DNA from: Demequinaceae bacterium
GTDB lineage: Bacteria; Actinomycetota; Actinomycetes; Actinomycetales; Demequinaceae
Assembly (NCBI GenBank): GCA_965250005.1
Contig: OZ252279.1
Span: 570,001 to 602,000, forward strand
Direction: 5' to 3'
Length of the DNA: 32,000 bases
Below, one piece after another: positions 17,916-26,470 of the stretch. The position numbers were made by a program, and so were the translations under genes. Each line of letters begins with the position of its first letter. Position 1 is the first letter of the stretch. The notes beneath the pieces are model-generated. The model saw only the letters and a list, made by a program, of their open reading frames with translations, was not told the DNA's origin and made no database searches.

Positions 17916-19913
17916 CTAGACCTGCTCTTTGGACTCGACCGCAGCGACGATGCGCTTGATCGCCTCGGCGACGGGCACTTGATTCTCTTGCGTGCCGTCG
18001 CGGAACCGGAAGCTCACGGCGCCCGCCTCTTTGTCCTCGCCGCCCGCGATGAGCGTGAACGGCACCTTGGATTTGGACGCGTTGCGGATCTTCTTGGGGA
18101 AGCGCTCGTCGCTGTCGTCGATATGGGCTCGCACGCCCGCGGCGCGCAGCTGGGCGATGACGTCAGCGAGGTAGTCGTTGAAGGGCTCCGCGACTGGGAT
18201 GCCGAGCACCTGCACGGGCGCAAGCCACGTAGGGAAGGCACCGGCATAGTGCTCGGTGAGGATCGCGAAGAACCGCTCAATCGAGCCGAACAACGCGCGG
18301 TGAATCATGACGGGGCGTTGGCGCGAGCCGTCCGACGCGGTGTACTCGAGCTCGAACCGCTCGGGCAGGTTGAAGTCCAACTGGATGGTGGACATCTGCC
18401 ACGTGCGGCCGATGGCGTCGCGGGCCTGGACGGAAAGCTTGGGGCCGTAGAACGCGGCGCCCTCGGGGTCGGGGACCAGCTCAAGGCCGGAGGCCTCTCC
18501 CACCTGACGCAGAGTCTCGGTGGCCTCTTCCCATATCTCGTCGGTGCCGACGGACTTCTCGGGGTTGCGCGTGGACATTTCGAGGAAAAAGTCGTTGAGC
18601 CCGTAGTCCTTGAGCAGGCCGAGCACAAAGTTGAGGGTGGTGGTGAGCTCGTCCTTCATCTGCTCGCGCGTGCAGTAGATGTGGGCGTCGTCCTGGGTGA
18701 AGCCGCGCGCCCGGGTCAGGCCGTGCACTACGCCGGACTTCTCGTTGCGGTAGACGGTGCCAAACTCGAACAAGCGCATGGGCAGCTCGCGGTACGAGCG
18801 GCCGCGGGCGCTGAAGATCAGGTTGTGCATGGGGCAGTTCATGGGCTTCAGGTAGTAGTCCTGGCCCTGCTTGGTGATCTCGCCTTCGGCGTTGCGTTCC
18901 TCGTCCATGTGCATGGGCGGGTACATGCCGTCTGCGTACCACTCGAGGTGTCCGGAGGTCTCGAACAGCTGTGCCTTGGTGGCGTGCGGCGAGTAGACGA
19001 AGTCGTAGCCCTCCTCGATGTGGCGGCGGCGCGAATACTCCTCCATCTCGTGGCGGATGATGCCGCCCTTGGGGTGGAAGACGGCCAGCCCCGAGCCGAT
19101 TTCATCCGGGAAGCTAAAGAGGTCCATCTCCGCGCCCAGGCGGCGGTGGTCGCGGCGCTCGGCCTCGGCCAGGCGGGTCTTGTACGCGGTGAGCTCGTCC
19201 TTGGTGGGCCACGCGGTGCCGTAGACGCGCTGGAGCTGTTGGTTGCGCTGGTCGCCGCGCCAATAGGCGGCGGCGCTGCGCATGATCGACCAGCCGTTGG
19301 CGAGGATCTTGGTGTTGGGAACGTGTGGGCCGCGGCACAGGTCTTTCCACTGCGTCTCGCCCTGGCGGTTGAGGTTGTCGTAGATGGTGAGCTCACCTTC
19401 GCCCACCTCGACGCTCGCGCCCTCGGTGTCGGCGCTGTTGCCTTTAAGTCCCACGAGCTCGATCTTGTACGGCTCATCTGCGAGTTCCGCGAGGGCCTCT
19501 TTCTCCGTGACCACGCGGCGGCGGAAGGTCTGACCTTCCTTGACGATTCGTTGCATGGCCTTCTCGACGGCCTTGAGGTCCTCGGGCTGGAACGGCTCGT
19601 CCACGTCGAAGTCGTAGTAGAAGCCGTTTTCAATGGGCGGGCCGATGCCCAGCTTGGCGGTGGGGTGCAGTTTTTGGACGGCCTGAGCCGCGACGTGTGC
19701 GGCAGAGTGGCGGAGCACGGAGAGCCCGTCCTCGGAGTCGATGGTGACGGCCTCGACGGCGTCGCCATCCGCGAGCCCGTGCGCGAGGTCGCGCAGCTCT
19801 CCGTTGACGCGGATCACGACCACCTCGCGGCGCTCGGCGAACACGTCGGTGCCCGTCGTCCCGGCGTCAATCTTGCGCTGGTCGCCGTCGATGGTCACGG
19901 TGATGCTGGCCAC
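17916..19913 (-). CDS. thrS: Threonine--tRNA ligase
   Basis: 665 aa with an N-terminal TGS domain, the editing-domain motif HSAAHV, a class II catalytic core ([17 protein letters not shown]) and an anticodon-binding C-terminus. GTG start with an AAGGGAG RBS. Confidence 0.97.
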   Translation of the reverse strand: MASITVTIDGDQRKIDAGTTGTDVFAERREVVVIRVNGELRDLAHGLADGDAVEAVTIDSEDGLSVLRHSAAHVAAQAVQKLHPTAKLGIGPPIENGFYYDFDVDEPFQPEDLKAVEKAMQRIVKEGQTFRRRVVTEKEALAELADEPYKIELVGLKGNSADTEGASVEVGEGELTIYDNLNRQGETQWKDLCRGPHVPNTKILANGWSIMRSAAAYWRGDQRNQQLQRVYGTAWPTKDELTAYKTRLAEAERRDHRRLGAEMDLFSFPDEIGSGLAVFHPKGGIIRHEMEEYSRRRHIEEGYDFVYSPHATKAQLFETSGHLEWYADGMYPPMHMDEERNAEGEITKQGQDYYLKPMNCPMHNLIFSARGRSYRELPMRLFEFGTVYRNEKSGVVHGLTRARGFTQDDAHIYCTREQMKDELTTTLNFVLGLLKDYGLNDFFLEMSTRNPEKSVGTDEIWEEATETLRQVGEASGLELVPDPEGAAFYGPKLSVQARDAIGRTWQMSTIQLDFNLPERFELEYTASDGSRQRPVMIHRALFGSIERFFAILTEHYAGAFPTWLAPVQVLGIPVAEPFNDYLADVIAQLRAAGVRAHIDDSDERFPKKIRNASKSKVPFTLIAGGEDKEAGAVSFRFRDGTQENQVPVAEAIKRIVAAVESKEQV

Positions 19914-19946
19914 TGCTACTCCCTTGGTTGATACTCAACCTGAATG

Positions 19947-20210
19947 CTACCGAGAGTCGGGCGCGGCGGGTTGCGCTCGGCGCACGACTTCAAGCGCCTT
20001 AACCCAGTCTTCCCACATCGCCGGGTCCGATGACTCGCCTTTGCCTTCAGTTTCGACGTCATCAAGTACGGTCACCAGTGCATATCCGGGCGCTCGATCG
20101 ACGAACATGCGCAAGAATTCCACCATCGCGAGGTAGCCCTCGCGATTCGAGTGTGTGTCACTCGGTCTAGGCGTTCGGACCATGTTCTGGATTTCCGTTC
20201 GTGATCTCAC
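19947..20210 (-). CDS. Small hypothetical protein (maximal ORF; real start uncertain)
   Basis: 87-codon ORF 33 nt upstream of thrS. Possible starts are GTG 20210, ATG 20183 and ATG 20126; only the last has a GAGGG about 10 nt upstream. Codon third positions are noticeably less GC-rich than in neighbouring genes. I recognise no motif with confidence. Confidence 0.35.
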   Translation of the reverse strand: MRSRTEIQNMVRTPRPSDTHSNREGYLAMVEFLRMFVDRAPGYALVTVLDDVETEGKGESSDPAMWEDWVKALEVVRRAQPAAPDSR

Positions 20211-20383
20211 CGATTCGGACTCTGACGCTCGGTTGGCGCCACTCTAGGGTTTGTCGATTCCACGTTGTTCAATCGAAGTCGCGATTGACGCGCGCTAGCA
20301 AAAGATAAATGGTTCCACAAAACGCCCGGCCAGGCCCACGCGGCAATCGCAACCTCAATGCCCTCAGGCCCAAAACGCGCTCC

Positions 20384-20779
20384 CTAATTCGACGCGAAGT
20401 AGGCGCGCATCGGCCGGAAGTAGTTGTCTTCCCAGCCGCCGTCTTCGTAACTGCGGTCGTGCTCGGGAACGCGTGTGTGCAGCAGCGTCAGCCGCGTCCC
20501 GCCGTCGACGGGCTCAAGGAGCAGTTCAATCTGCGAGTCCTCGTCATCACCAGTGAATTCCGACGTCCGCCACGTCTGGACGATTCGCTTGCCGGGATCG
20601 AGTTCGAGCGTCGTGCCCCAGATGTACTCATCCCAGGCGGTGTACTTGCCGCCCACGGTCGCATCGACGGTCGCGTGCCCGCCTGTCATCGCGGTGTGGC
20701 CGCCGCTGCCCATCCAGGCGTCGTAGACGGCCTGCGGGCTCGCGTCGAAGGACTCGGACAATTGGAAGTCGTAACTCAT
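20384..20779 (-). CDS. SRPBCC/AHSA1 (START-like) family protein
   Basis: 131 aa. MSYDFQLSESFDASPQAVYDAWM...GGKYTAWDEYIWGTTLELDPGKRIVQTWR...TRLTLLHTRVPE resembles Aha1-like SRPBCC proteins. The ATG at 20779 is preceded by AGGAGG. The upstream 37 codons of the track ORF run through a tRNA gene and are rejected. Confidence 0.75.
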   Translation of the reverse strand: MSYDFQLSESFDASPQAVYDAWMGSGGHTAMTGGHATVDATVGGKYTAWDEYIWGTTLELDPGKRIVQTWRTSEFTGDDEDSQIELLLEPVDGGTRLTLLHTRVPEHDRSYEDGGWEDNYFRPMRAYFASN

Positions 20780-20829
20780 GTGGGCCTCCTGCTTCACCAG
20801 CGTATTGCTGGAGCCCGGGCCTGTGAAGG

Positions 20830-20904
20830 TGGTGGGCGATACTGGGTTCGAACCAGTGACCTCTTCCGTGTGAAGGAAGCGCGCTACCACTGCGCCAATC
20901 GCCC
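20830..20904 (-). tRNA. tRNA-Val (anticodon CAC), CCA encoded
   Basis: The minus-strand sequence gggcgattggcgcagtggtagcgcgcttccttcacacggaagaggtcactggttcgaacccagtatcgcccacca folds by hand into a cloverleaf. It has a 7-bp acceptor stem, anticodon stem cttcc/ggaag, anticodon loop ttCACac and a GTTCGAA T-loop. Confidence 0.9.
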
Positions 20905-20924
20905 GTCGGGTAGAAATCCTACCC

Positions 20925-21797
20925 TTACGTCGCGCGTGGTGGAGCCGGGTCCGGATCCGCGTCCGCGCTCGCCTCGAACACCTGGCGAAGCCTGGGCAGC
21001 AGCGGGCCAGGCGTCACGTCCGCGCCATCCATGGACGTCACCATTTGGACGCCGCGCGTGACCGACGAGACGGCTGCTCCGGCCTCGCGGCGCAGCACCT
21101 CGTCAAGCACCGCCATCTCCAGCTCACCCGGCGCGGCGACACGCACAGGCAAGCCCGCGCCCACGCCCCACTCGAGCGCGAGTCCGCGCGCAATCCCAGG
21201 CAGACAGCCGCTCGCCAGCGGTGGCGTCAGGATCTCGCCGCCTCGCTCGATAAAGATGTTGGTCGAGGTTCCCTCGCACAGGTGGCCATGCGTGTTGGAC
21301 ACTATTGCCTCGTCGCCGCCGCGGTCCGTCGCATAGGCGAGCATCATGACGTTCTCCGCGTACGACGTGGTCTTGACTCCGGCGAGCACGGACCTTTCAT
21401 TGCGTTTCCACGGGGCGCGGACCGCCTTACACGTGCGCGGACGGACCCCCGGCGCTCCCGCGATAACCACCGTGGGCGCGCCGCCGGAGCGCCCCATGCC
21501 TAGCGGTCCCGTGCCCGACGTGACGGTCACCCGAATGCGGATCAGCTTGCCCTCGCCCGCGGCAAGCACGTCGTGTATGCCGTTGGCGATGTAGCCCCGG
21601 TCCACATTTGGAAGGCTCATTCGGTCAAGCGAGTACTGGAGCCGGCCAAGGTGCCGGGTCAGGGCGAACGCCTGATTGTTGCGGATCGCTATGGTTTCGA
21701 ATACTCCGTCGCCCACCGTGAACCCGTGGTCGAGCGGGCTAATGAAAACATCGCCTGGAGAGCGGACCTCGCCATTCGCCCACACAATCACGCTCAT
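20925..21797 (-). CDS. pabC: Class IV aminotransferase fold protein, probable aminodeoxychorismate lyase
   Basis: 290 aa with a class IV (IlvE/PabC) N-terminus (NGE...ISPLDHGFTVGDGVFETI). Its ATG overlaps the stop of the upstream chorismate-binding gene (ATGA). The function is inferred from that coupling. Confidence 0.7.
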   Translation of the reverse strand: MSVIVWANGEVRSPGDVFISPLDHGFTVGDGVFETIAIRNNQAFALTRHLGRLQYSLDRMSLPNVDRGYIANGIHDVLAAGEGKLIRIRVTVTSGTGPLGMGRSGGAPTVVIAGAPGVRPRTCKAVRAPWKRNERSVLAGVKTTSYAENVMMLAYATDRGGDEAIVSNTHGHLCEGTSTNIFIERGGEILTPPLASGCLPGIARGLALEWGVGAGLPVRVAAPGELEMAVLDEVLRREAGAAVSSVTRGVQMVTSMDGADVTPGPLLPRLRQVFEASADADPDPAPPRAT

Positions 21798-22903
21798 GTG
21801 GTCATTGTCCCTGCCGAGGCGAGGCCTATCAAATTCTGTGCCTTAAGTTCGGTTTCGGCCCATTCCCCTGCAGCGTCGCTCCCCCACGTGATCCCTGCTC
21901 CCGTGCCAAAGTGGATCTGCCCGCCCGCCTCTGGCGTCCACCAGAAGGTGCGGATGCCCACGGCGAGCTCGGCGCGGCGGGCGTCCCCATCAATCCAGCC
22001 GATGCCCCCACAGTACGGCCCGCGGGCGGCCGTCTCCTCGCGGGCAATGATCCGAAGCGCGCTCGACTTAGGCGCCCCAGACACCGAGCCCGGAGGGAAC
22101 GTCCCGTCGAGCAGTCGCGGCCACATCTGGCTGGTCCAGTCCGCGTCGGGCGCGAGCGTAGCCTCGACGGTTGACTGCAGGTGGACCAGCCCGGGGTGCT
22201 CGTGCTCGGCAAGGAATTCGGGGACGCACACCGTTCCGGGCCGCGCCACGTGCGAGAGGTCGTTGCGGATGAGGTCGGTGATCATGACGTTCTCCGCGCT
22301 ATCCTTCTCGAGCATCGGGACCCCCGGCGCGGCGGTGCCCTTGATGGGCGCCGACATCACGGTGTCACCGCGCACGCCCAGGTACAGCTCCGGCGACGCC
22401 GACACCACCCACACGCCCGGGTGTTCGTCGGACTCGGGGATGGTGATGCGGGCCGCGTGTCGCGCGGGGTTGCCCACCGCGAGCAACTCGGAAAGCGCGA
22501 CCGCGTCTGGCCCGCCCGGGCCTGCGTGCAGTGGCGCGGACATCACGCGGCACAAATTGACTTGATAGACGTCGCCCGCGCGCACGTCTTCGCGGATGCG
22601 CCCCACTCCCGCCATGTACTGCTCGCGGTCCAGCGAGGTCGCCCAGGTGCTCGCGTCGGGGCCTCGCCACACGCGCGACGGTTCGGGCGCCTGTTTGACG
22701 GGTTTGGTGTGCTCCACATCGGCGAAGCGCCAGGCGCGCAGGTCCCCCTCGAAGGTCGCGACCAGCACCCAGAAACCGCCTTCGGACAACCGCTGACCGT
22801 CGCGCGCAACGTCGATTGACTCGACCACGTTTGATGCGCGGACGCCACGAAACTCGGCGCTCCCGCGCGTCGCTTCACCGCCGTCCGTGGTCACGCCCTC
22901 CAC
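21794..22903 (-). CDS. pabB: Chorismate-binding enzyme, probable aminodeoxychorismate synthase component I
   Basis: 369 aa with chorismate-utilising motifs (PGSVSGAPK, RGPYCGGIGWID, AVGIRT, GAGITWGSD). It is shorter than many PabB/TrpE proteins. No amidotransferase partner is present in the window. Confidence 0.8.
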   Translation of the reverse strand: MEGVTTDGGEATRGSAEFRGVRASNVVESIDVARDGQRLSEGGFWVLVATFEGDLRAWRFADVEHTKPVKQAPEPSRVWRGPDASTWATSLDREQYMAGVGRIREDVRAGDVYQVNLCRVMSAPLHAGPGGPDAVALSELLAVGNPARHAARITIPESDEHPGVWVVSASPELYLGVRGDTVMSAPIKGTAAPGVPMLEKDSAENVMITDLIRNDLSHVARPGTVCVPEFLAEHEHPGLVHLQSTVEATLAPDADWTSQMWPRLLDGTFPPGSVSGAPKSSALRIIAREETAARGPYCGGIGWIDGDARRAELAVGIRTFWWTPEAGGQIHFGTGAGITWGSDAAGEWAETELKAQNLIGLASAGTMTT

Positions 22904-22949
22904 CGTAGTCTGGCGGGCCGCACGCCGCGGCTCGCGGGCCTGGGGCTGG

Positions 22950-22979
22950 TTGGACTGGCCCCCCGTTGTCGGCTATTGT
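22950..22979 (+). promoter_or_regulatory. Candidate sigma-A-type promoter for the tRNA Gly-Cys-Val cluster
   Basis: TTGGAC (22950-22955), an 18-nt spacer, then TATTGT (22974-22979, fits TANNNT), about 25 nt upstream of the tRNA-Gly 5' end. This is a pattern match only. Confidence 0.25.
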
Positions 22980-23003
22980 CAATACCCGTTGCTTCAGCAA
23001 CAT

Positions 23004-23075
23004 GCGGACGTAGCTCAGCGGTAGAGCATCACCTTGCCAAGGTGAGGGTCGCGGGTTCAAATCCCGTCGTCCGCT
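23004..23075 (+). tRNA. tRNA-Gly (anticodon GCC)
   Basis: gcggacgtagctcagcggtagagcatcaccttgccaaggtgagggtcgcgggttcaaatcccgtcgtccgct gives a hand-folded cloverleaf with anticodon loop ttGCCaa. No CCA is encoded. Confidence 0.9.
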
Positions 23076-23101
23076 CGGATTAGGATGGAAATCCACTCAT
23101 T

Positions 23102-23172
23102 GGTGGAGTGGCCGAGTGGCTAGGCAGCGGCCTGCAAAGCCGTATACGTGGGTTCGAATCCCATCTCCACCT
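23102..23172 (+). tRNA. tRNA-Cys (anticodon GCA)
   Basis: ggtggagtggccgagtggctaggcagcggcctgcaaagccgtatacgtgggttcgaatcccatctccacct has acceptor ggtggag/ctccacc, anticodon loop ctGCAaa and a GTTCGAAT T-loop. Confidence 0.88.
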
Positions 23173-23177
23173 CGCAT

Positions 23178-23252
23178 GGGCGATTGGCGCAGCGGTAGCG
23201 CGCTTCCCTGACACGGAAGAGGTCACTGGTTCGATCCCAGTATCGCCCACCA
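23178..23252 (+). tRNA. tRNA-Val (anticodon GAC), CCA encoded
   Basis: gggcgattggcgcagcggtagcgcgcttccctgacacggaagaggtcactggttcgatcccagtatcgcccacca has anticodon loop ctGACac. It is 71/75 identical to the minus-strand tRNA-Val at 20830-20904. Confidence 0.9.
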
Positions 23253-23255
23253 CCT

Positions 23256-23281
23256 AGGCCCCCTTCGGGGGCCTTTCGTGT
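23256..23281 (+). terminator. Rho-independent-type terminator hairpin after the tRNA cluster
   Basis: Stem aggccccc / gggggcct with loop ttc (23256-23274), followed by ttcgtgtt. It lies between the tRNA-Val 3' end and the stop codon of the convergent DUF1684 gene. Confidence 0.55.
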
Positions 23282-23282
23282 T

Positions 23283-23894
23283 CTAGCGGCCGACAGGGCG
23301 GTACTGCTCCCCCACCGGCACAGGTTCACCGAGCGTGTTGCCTTTCCCTGGCAACGGGCACACCCACTGCGAGTCGTACGCGCACGACGCCTGGTACGCG
23401 AAGTTGAGATCCAAAATGAGCCGGCCGTCGTCCTCGCCGAGGTCCGCCCCCTTGACCGTGTCGATCAGATAGCGGCCGCCGCCATAGGTGGTTGAGCCAC
23501 TCGTGGCGTCGCGCAACGGAACGAAGATTCCGCCCCCGTAGGACGCGAGCCACCAGACGTCTAGCAACCCCAGTCCCGGCAGTGTCAAGCGGCCAATGCG
23601 TTCGAGCGGGATGGTGCCGTCGGTCGCGGTCGCGACTTCCCGGCGCTCGGCCGGGGCATCGTCCATCGGCACTAGGAACCGGAACGCGGGGTCGTACGGC
23701 GCCACGCTAGCGCCGGGGTAGGCGGCGCGTTGCTCGGGCGCGACGGGCGATGCCGGGTGCGACGTCAGTAGCCGATCGCGGTGCTCCACCCAGCCCGCGT
23801 GCGCTAGCGCCGGGTCGGGCTGCGCGCGGACGGCGCGATACATGTCGAAGACCTCGCGGCGCCAATCAACCACGTCCTGCGCGTCGCTTGCCAT
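23283..23894 (-). CDS. DUF1684 domain-containing protein
   Basis: C-terminal GGGRYLIDTV...LDLNFAYQASCAYDSQWVCPLPGKGNTL...VPVGE matches my recollection of the DUF1684 signature. The start is taken at the internal ATG (MASDAQDVV...). The track ORF extends 16 codons further. Confidence 0.78.
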   Translation of the reverse strand: MASDAQDVVDWRREVFDMYRAVRAQPDPALAHAGWVEHRDRLLTSHPASPVAPEQRAAYPGASVAPYDPAFRFLVPMDDAPAERREVATATDGTIPLERIGRLTLPGLGLLDVWWLASYGGGIFVPLRDATSGSTTYGGGRYLIDTVKGADLGEDDGRLILDLNFAYQASCAYDSQWVCPLPGKGNTLGEPVPVGEQYRPVGR

Positions 23895-23960
23895 GGCGTC
23901 ATCGTACGGGGGCTGGGCCCGGCGCTGGCAGAATGGCCACATGACATCTGGCGAGGCACC

Positions 23961-26468
23961 GTGAGCGCCGCTGCCGAGCAGTCGCGCCGCCTAGGCCACC
24001 GCGCGGGCGCAACGGTGCCACTGTCCACATACCGACTCCAGCTCACCAGCGCTTTCACCTTCGCCGACGCCCAGGCTCGCCTGCCGTATCTCGCGGCGCT
24101 CGGCGTAAGCCACCTCTACCTGTCGCCCATTCTCACGGCAGCGCCCGGCTCCACCCACTTCTACGACGTGGTAGATCACTCGCAGGTTTCTGCGGAGCTC
24201 GGCGGCGAGGCCAGGCTACGCTCCCTCGCCTCCGCCGCCCGCGAACTGGGGATGGGGCTGATCGCGGACCTGGTTCCTAACCACATGTCCGTCCCCACGC
24301 CCGCGTTCCACAACAAGACCCTATGGTCGGTGCTGGCCGAGGGGCCCGAGTCCCCGTACGCGCACTGGTTCGACATGGATTGGGACACCGGCGACTCACT
24401 CCTCATGCCCGTGCTCGGCCAGCGCATCGGAACCGTCCTCGCCGCGGGCGAACTGACCGTGGACGCGCTCGCGATTCCCGGCGACGACGGCACCGAGGTT
24501 CCCGTGCTGCGGTACTTCGACCACGTGTTCCCCATTAAGCCCGGCACGGAATCGCTGCCGCTGGCGGAGCTGGTGGACCAGCAGCACTATCGGCTCGCCT
24601 ACTGGAGGGTCGCGAACGAGGAACTCAATTACCGCAGGTTCTTCGACGTGGGCTCGCTCGTGGCTGTGCGGGTCGAGGATCCCGACGTGTTCGAGGCCAC
24701 GCACCGCGTGATCGTGGACCTGGTGCGCGACGGCGTGCTCGACGGACTACGAGTAGATCACCCGGACGGACTTGCCGACCCGGGCGGCTACCTCGACCGA
24801 CTCTCCGAGGCCACCGACGGCGCGTGGATCGTGGTCGAGAAGATCCTGGAGGACGAGGAGCGGCTGCCGCGTTCATGGCCCACGGCAGGAACCACCGGGT
24901 ACGACGCGTCCTGGCGCATCGGCGCATTGCTACGCGACCCGTCGGGCGCGGCGCCGCTCGCAGCCACCCTGCACCGGGTCACGGGTGACGCCATGGGCGG
25001 GCTACCGGCGCTAATTGACGAGGCCAAACGCGAGATCGTCAAGGACTCCCTCAGCTCCGAACTGCACCGCCTGACAACCGTCGCACACAGCGTCTGCGTG
25101 TCCGACGTACGCCTGCGCGACCACACGTACCGGGCGCTGTACGACTGCCTGCGGGCAATGCTTGTCGCGTTCGACCGGTACCGCGCATACGTTGTCGCTG
25201 GCGTCCCACCCAAGCAGACATCCCTTGATGCAATCGATGCTGCCGCCGATCGCGCGAGAGCCGTACTCGACGCCGAACGGCTCGAGACACTCGAGGTGGT
25301 CGTTGACCTCATCAAGGGCGCGGAGGTGGGTAGCGCCGGGCGAACCGCAGACGCGGATCGCGGCGAGATCGTCACCCGCTTCCAGCAGGCATGCGGAGCA
25401 GTCATGGCCAAAGGCATCGAGGACACCTCCTACTACCGCTGGACACACCTGTTGGCGCTGTGCGAGGTCGGTAGCCCCGCGGCCCGGTTCGCGCTGCCTC
25501 CGGCCAATTTCCACGCATGGGCGGCGGAGCAGCAGGCCCAGTACCCGCACACGATGACCACCCTCACCACTCATGACGTCAAGCGCTCCGAAGACGTGCG
25601 AGCCCGGCTCGGGGTGCTGAGCGAGGCTGCCGAAGAGTGGGACCGCCTGGTGGATGCACTTCGCGTCGCGAGCGAGTCCCTTCGCCCGCCCGAGCTCGAC
25701 GGCCGGATGGAGAACCTCTGGTGGCAGACCGCGGCCGCCACTTTCAGCGACGATGGCCCGATGGCCTGGGACCGGCTCGAGGGATACCTAACCAAGGCGA
25801 TGCGCGAGGCCAAGACGCACACCACTTGGACTGCCGTGAACGAACGCTACGAGGCGGCCGTGCTGGTATTCGCGCGCGCGACACTTGACACCGCTGGCGT
25901 TGCGGAACTGCTCGCCGAATGGCGGGACCAGATGGCCCCAGCGGTGCGGCAATCGACATTGTCAATGAAACTCATCCAGTTGACGATGCCGGGCGTCCCG
26001 GACGTCTACCAGGGCAACGAGACTGTCATGCCGAGCCTTGTTGATCCAGACAACCGCCGTCCCGTGGACTTCGACGCCCTCCAGTCCGTCACCGAGCGGC
26101 TGCACTCCAGCGCCAAGCCGCGCACGCTCGCCGAGGAAAAGCTGTGGGTTACCACGGGCTCGCTTCACGCTCGGCGCGACATGCCAGGCGCGTTCGTAGG
26201 AGAGCAGTGCGGCTATGAGCCGCTCCCGGCATCGTCCGGGCACGCCGTGGTATTCGCGCGCACCATCGCGGGAGTCCCGGAAGCCGTCGCGGTCGCCACG
26301 CGCGCGGGACGCAGTCTCGACGAACTCGGTGGATGGAGCGACAACACCATGACGCTCCCCGACGGCGAGTGGCGGGATGTATTCACGGGCGCGCTGTTCC
26401 CCGGCGGCAGCGCCGCTCTTGCAGACGTACTGGGTTCGTTGCCTGTGGCCTTACTGGTGAGGAACTAG
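23961..26468 (+). CDS. treY: Malto-oligosyltrehalose synthase
   Basis: 835 aa. The N-terminus STYRLQLTSAFTFADAQARLPYLAALGVSHLYLSPILTAAPGSTHFYDVVDH and the motif GLRVDHPDGL are characteristic of TreY (GH13). GTG start. Confidence 0.9.
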   Translation: MSAAAEQSRRLGHRAGATVPLSTYRLQLTSAFTFADAQARLPYLAALGVSHLYLSPILTAAPGSTHFYDVVDHSQVSAELGGEARLRSLASAARELGMGLIADLVPNHMSVPTPAFHNKTLWSVLAEGPESPYAHWFDMDWDTGDSLLMPVLGQRIGTVLAAGELTVDALAIPGDDGTEVPVLRYFDHVFPIKPGTESLPLAELVDQQHYRLAYWRVANEELNYRRFFDVGSLVAVRVEDPDVFEATHRVIVDLVRDGVLDGLRVDHPDGLADPGGYLDRLSEATDGAWIVVEKILEDEERLPRSWPTAGTTGYDASWRIGALLRDPSGAAPLAATLHRVTGDAMGGLPALIDEAKREIVKDSLSSELHRLTTVAHSVCVSDVRLRDHTYRALYDCLRAMLVAFDRYRAYVVAGVPPKQTSLDAIDAAADRARAVLDAERLETLEVVVDLIKGAEVGSAGRTADADRGEIVTRFQQACGAVMAKGIEDTSYYRWTHLLALCEVGSPAARFALPPANFHAWAAEQQAQYPHTMTTLTTHDVKRSEDVRARLGVLSEAAEEWDRLVDALRVASESLRPPELDGRMENLWWQTAAATFSDDGPMAWDRLEGYLTKAMREAKTHTTWTAVNERYEAAVLVFARATLDTAGVAELLAEWRDQMAPAVRQSTLSMKLIQLTMPGVPDVYQGNETVMPSLVDPDNRRPVDFDALQSVTERLHSSAKPRTLAEEKLWVTTGSLHARRDMPGAFVGEQCGYEPLPASSGHAVVFARTIAGVPEAVAVATRAGRSLDELGGWSDNTMTLPDGEWRDVFTGALFPGGSAALADVLGSLPVALLVRN

Positions 26469-26470
26469 CG

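Noticed and set aside
17979-19931. 650-aa plus-strand ORF spanning almost all of thrS
   Set aside because: It is antisense to a highly conserved thrS reading frame. The product is low-complexity and rich in Ala, Gly, Arg and Val, with no motif. Long stop-free antisense frames are expected in high-GC DNA.
19914-19946. T-box or leader-type regulatory RNA upstream of thrS
   Set aside because: Only 33 nt separate thrS from the upstream ORF, which is far too short for a T-box. The upstream ORF is not Thr-codon enriched as a leader peptide would be.
20254-20276. Palindrome tcgatt-N11-aatcga in the lower-GC spacer
   Set aside because: The arms are only 6 bp, no flanking extension pairs, and no second copy exists. 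It is too weak to call an operator.
20310-20383. Possible terminator downstream of the SRPBCC gene (GC-rich segment followed by gttttgtgg on the minus strand)
   Set aside because: I could not build a convincing stem of more than 3-4 contiguous pairs by hand, so it is not reported as a feature.
19914-20829. Integrated element at tRNA-Val(CAC), looking for an att-type direct repeat of the tRNA 3' end
   Set aside because: I looked for a copy of the tRNA 3' segment (ggttcgaacccagtatcgccc or its complement) between thrS and the tRNA and saw none. No integrase or other mobile gene is present, so only a compositional anomaly is reported.
20309-22565. Plus-strand ORFs 20309..21061 and 21573..22565 antisense to the SRPBCC gene, tRNA-Val, pabC and pabB
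   Set aside because: They run through a tRNA gene or lie opposite motif-bearing CDSs. Their composition is that of shadow ORFs.
22875-23329. Minus-strand ORFs 22875..23096 and 23120..23329, and the first 37 codons of ORF 20384..20890
   Set aside because: They are read through tRNA genes, giving the typical ...EVTGSNPV... and ...GFEPT... pseudo-peptides, and are not real coding sequence.
26333-26470. Upstream extensions of treZ (26333), ppk2 (27964) and the RibD_C gene (29888) in the ORF track
   Set aside because: Each extension overlaps the preceding or opposite conserved gene. In each case an internal start (ATG for treZ and ppk2, GTG for the RibD_C gene) lies just after the neighbouring gene's boundary. 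For treZ and ppk2 the upstream gene's stop or an RBS directly precedes that start.
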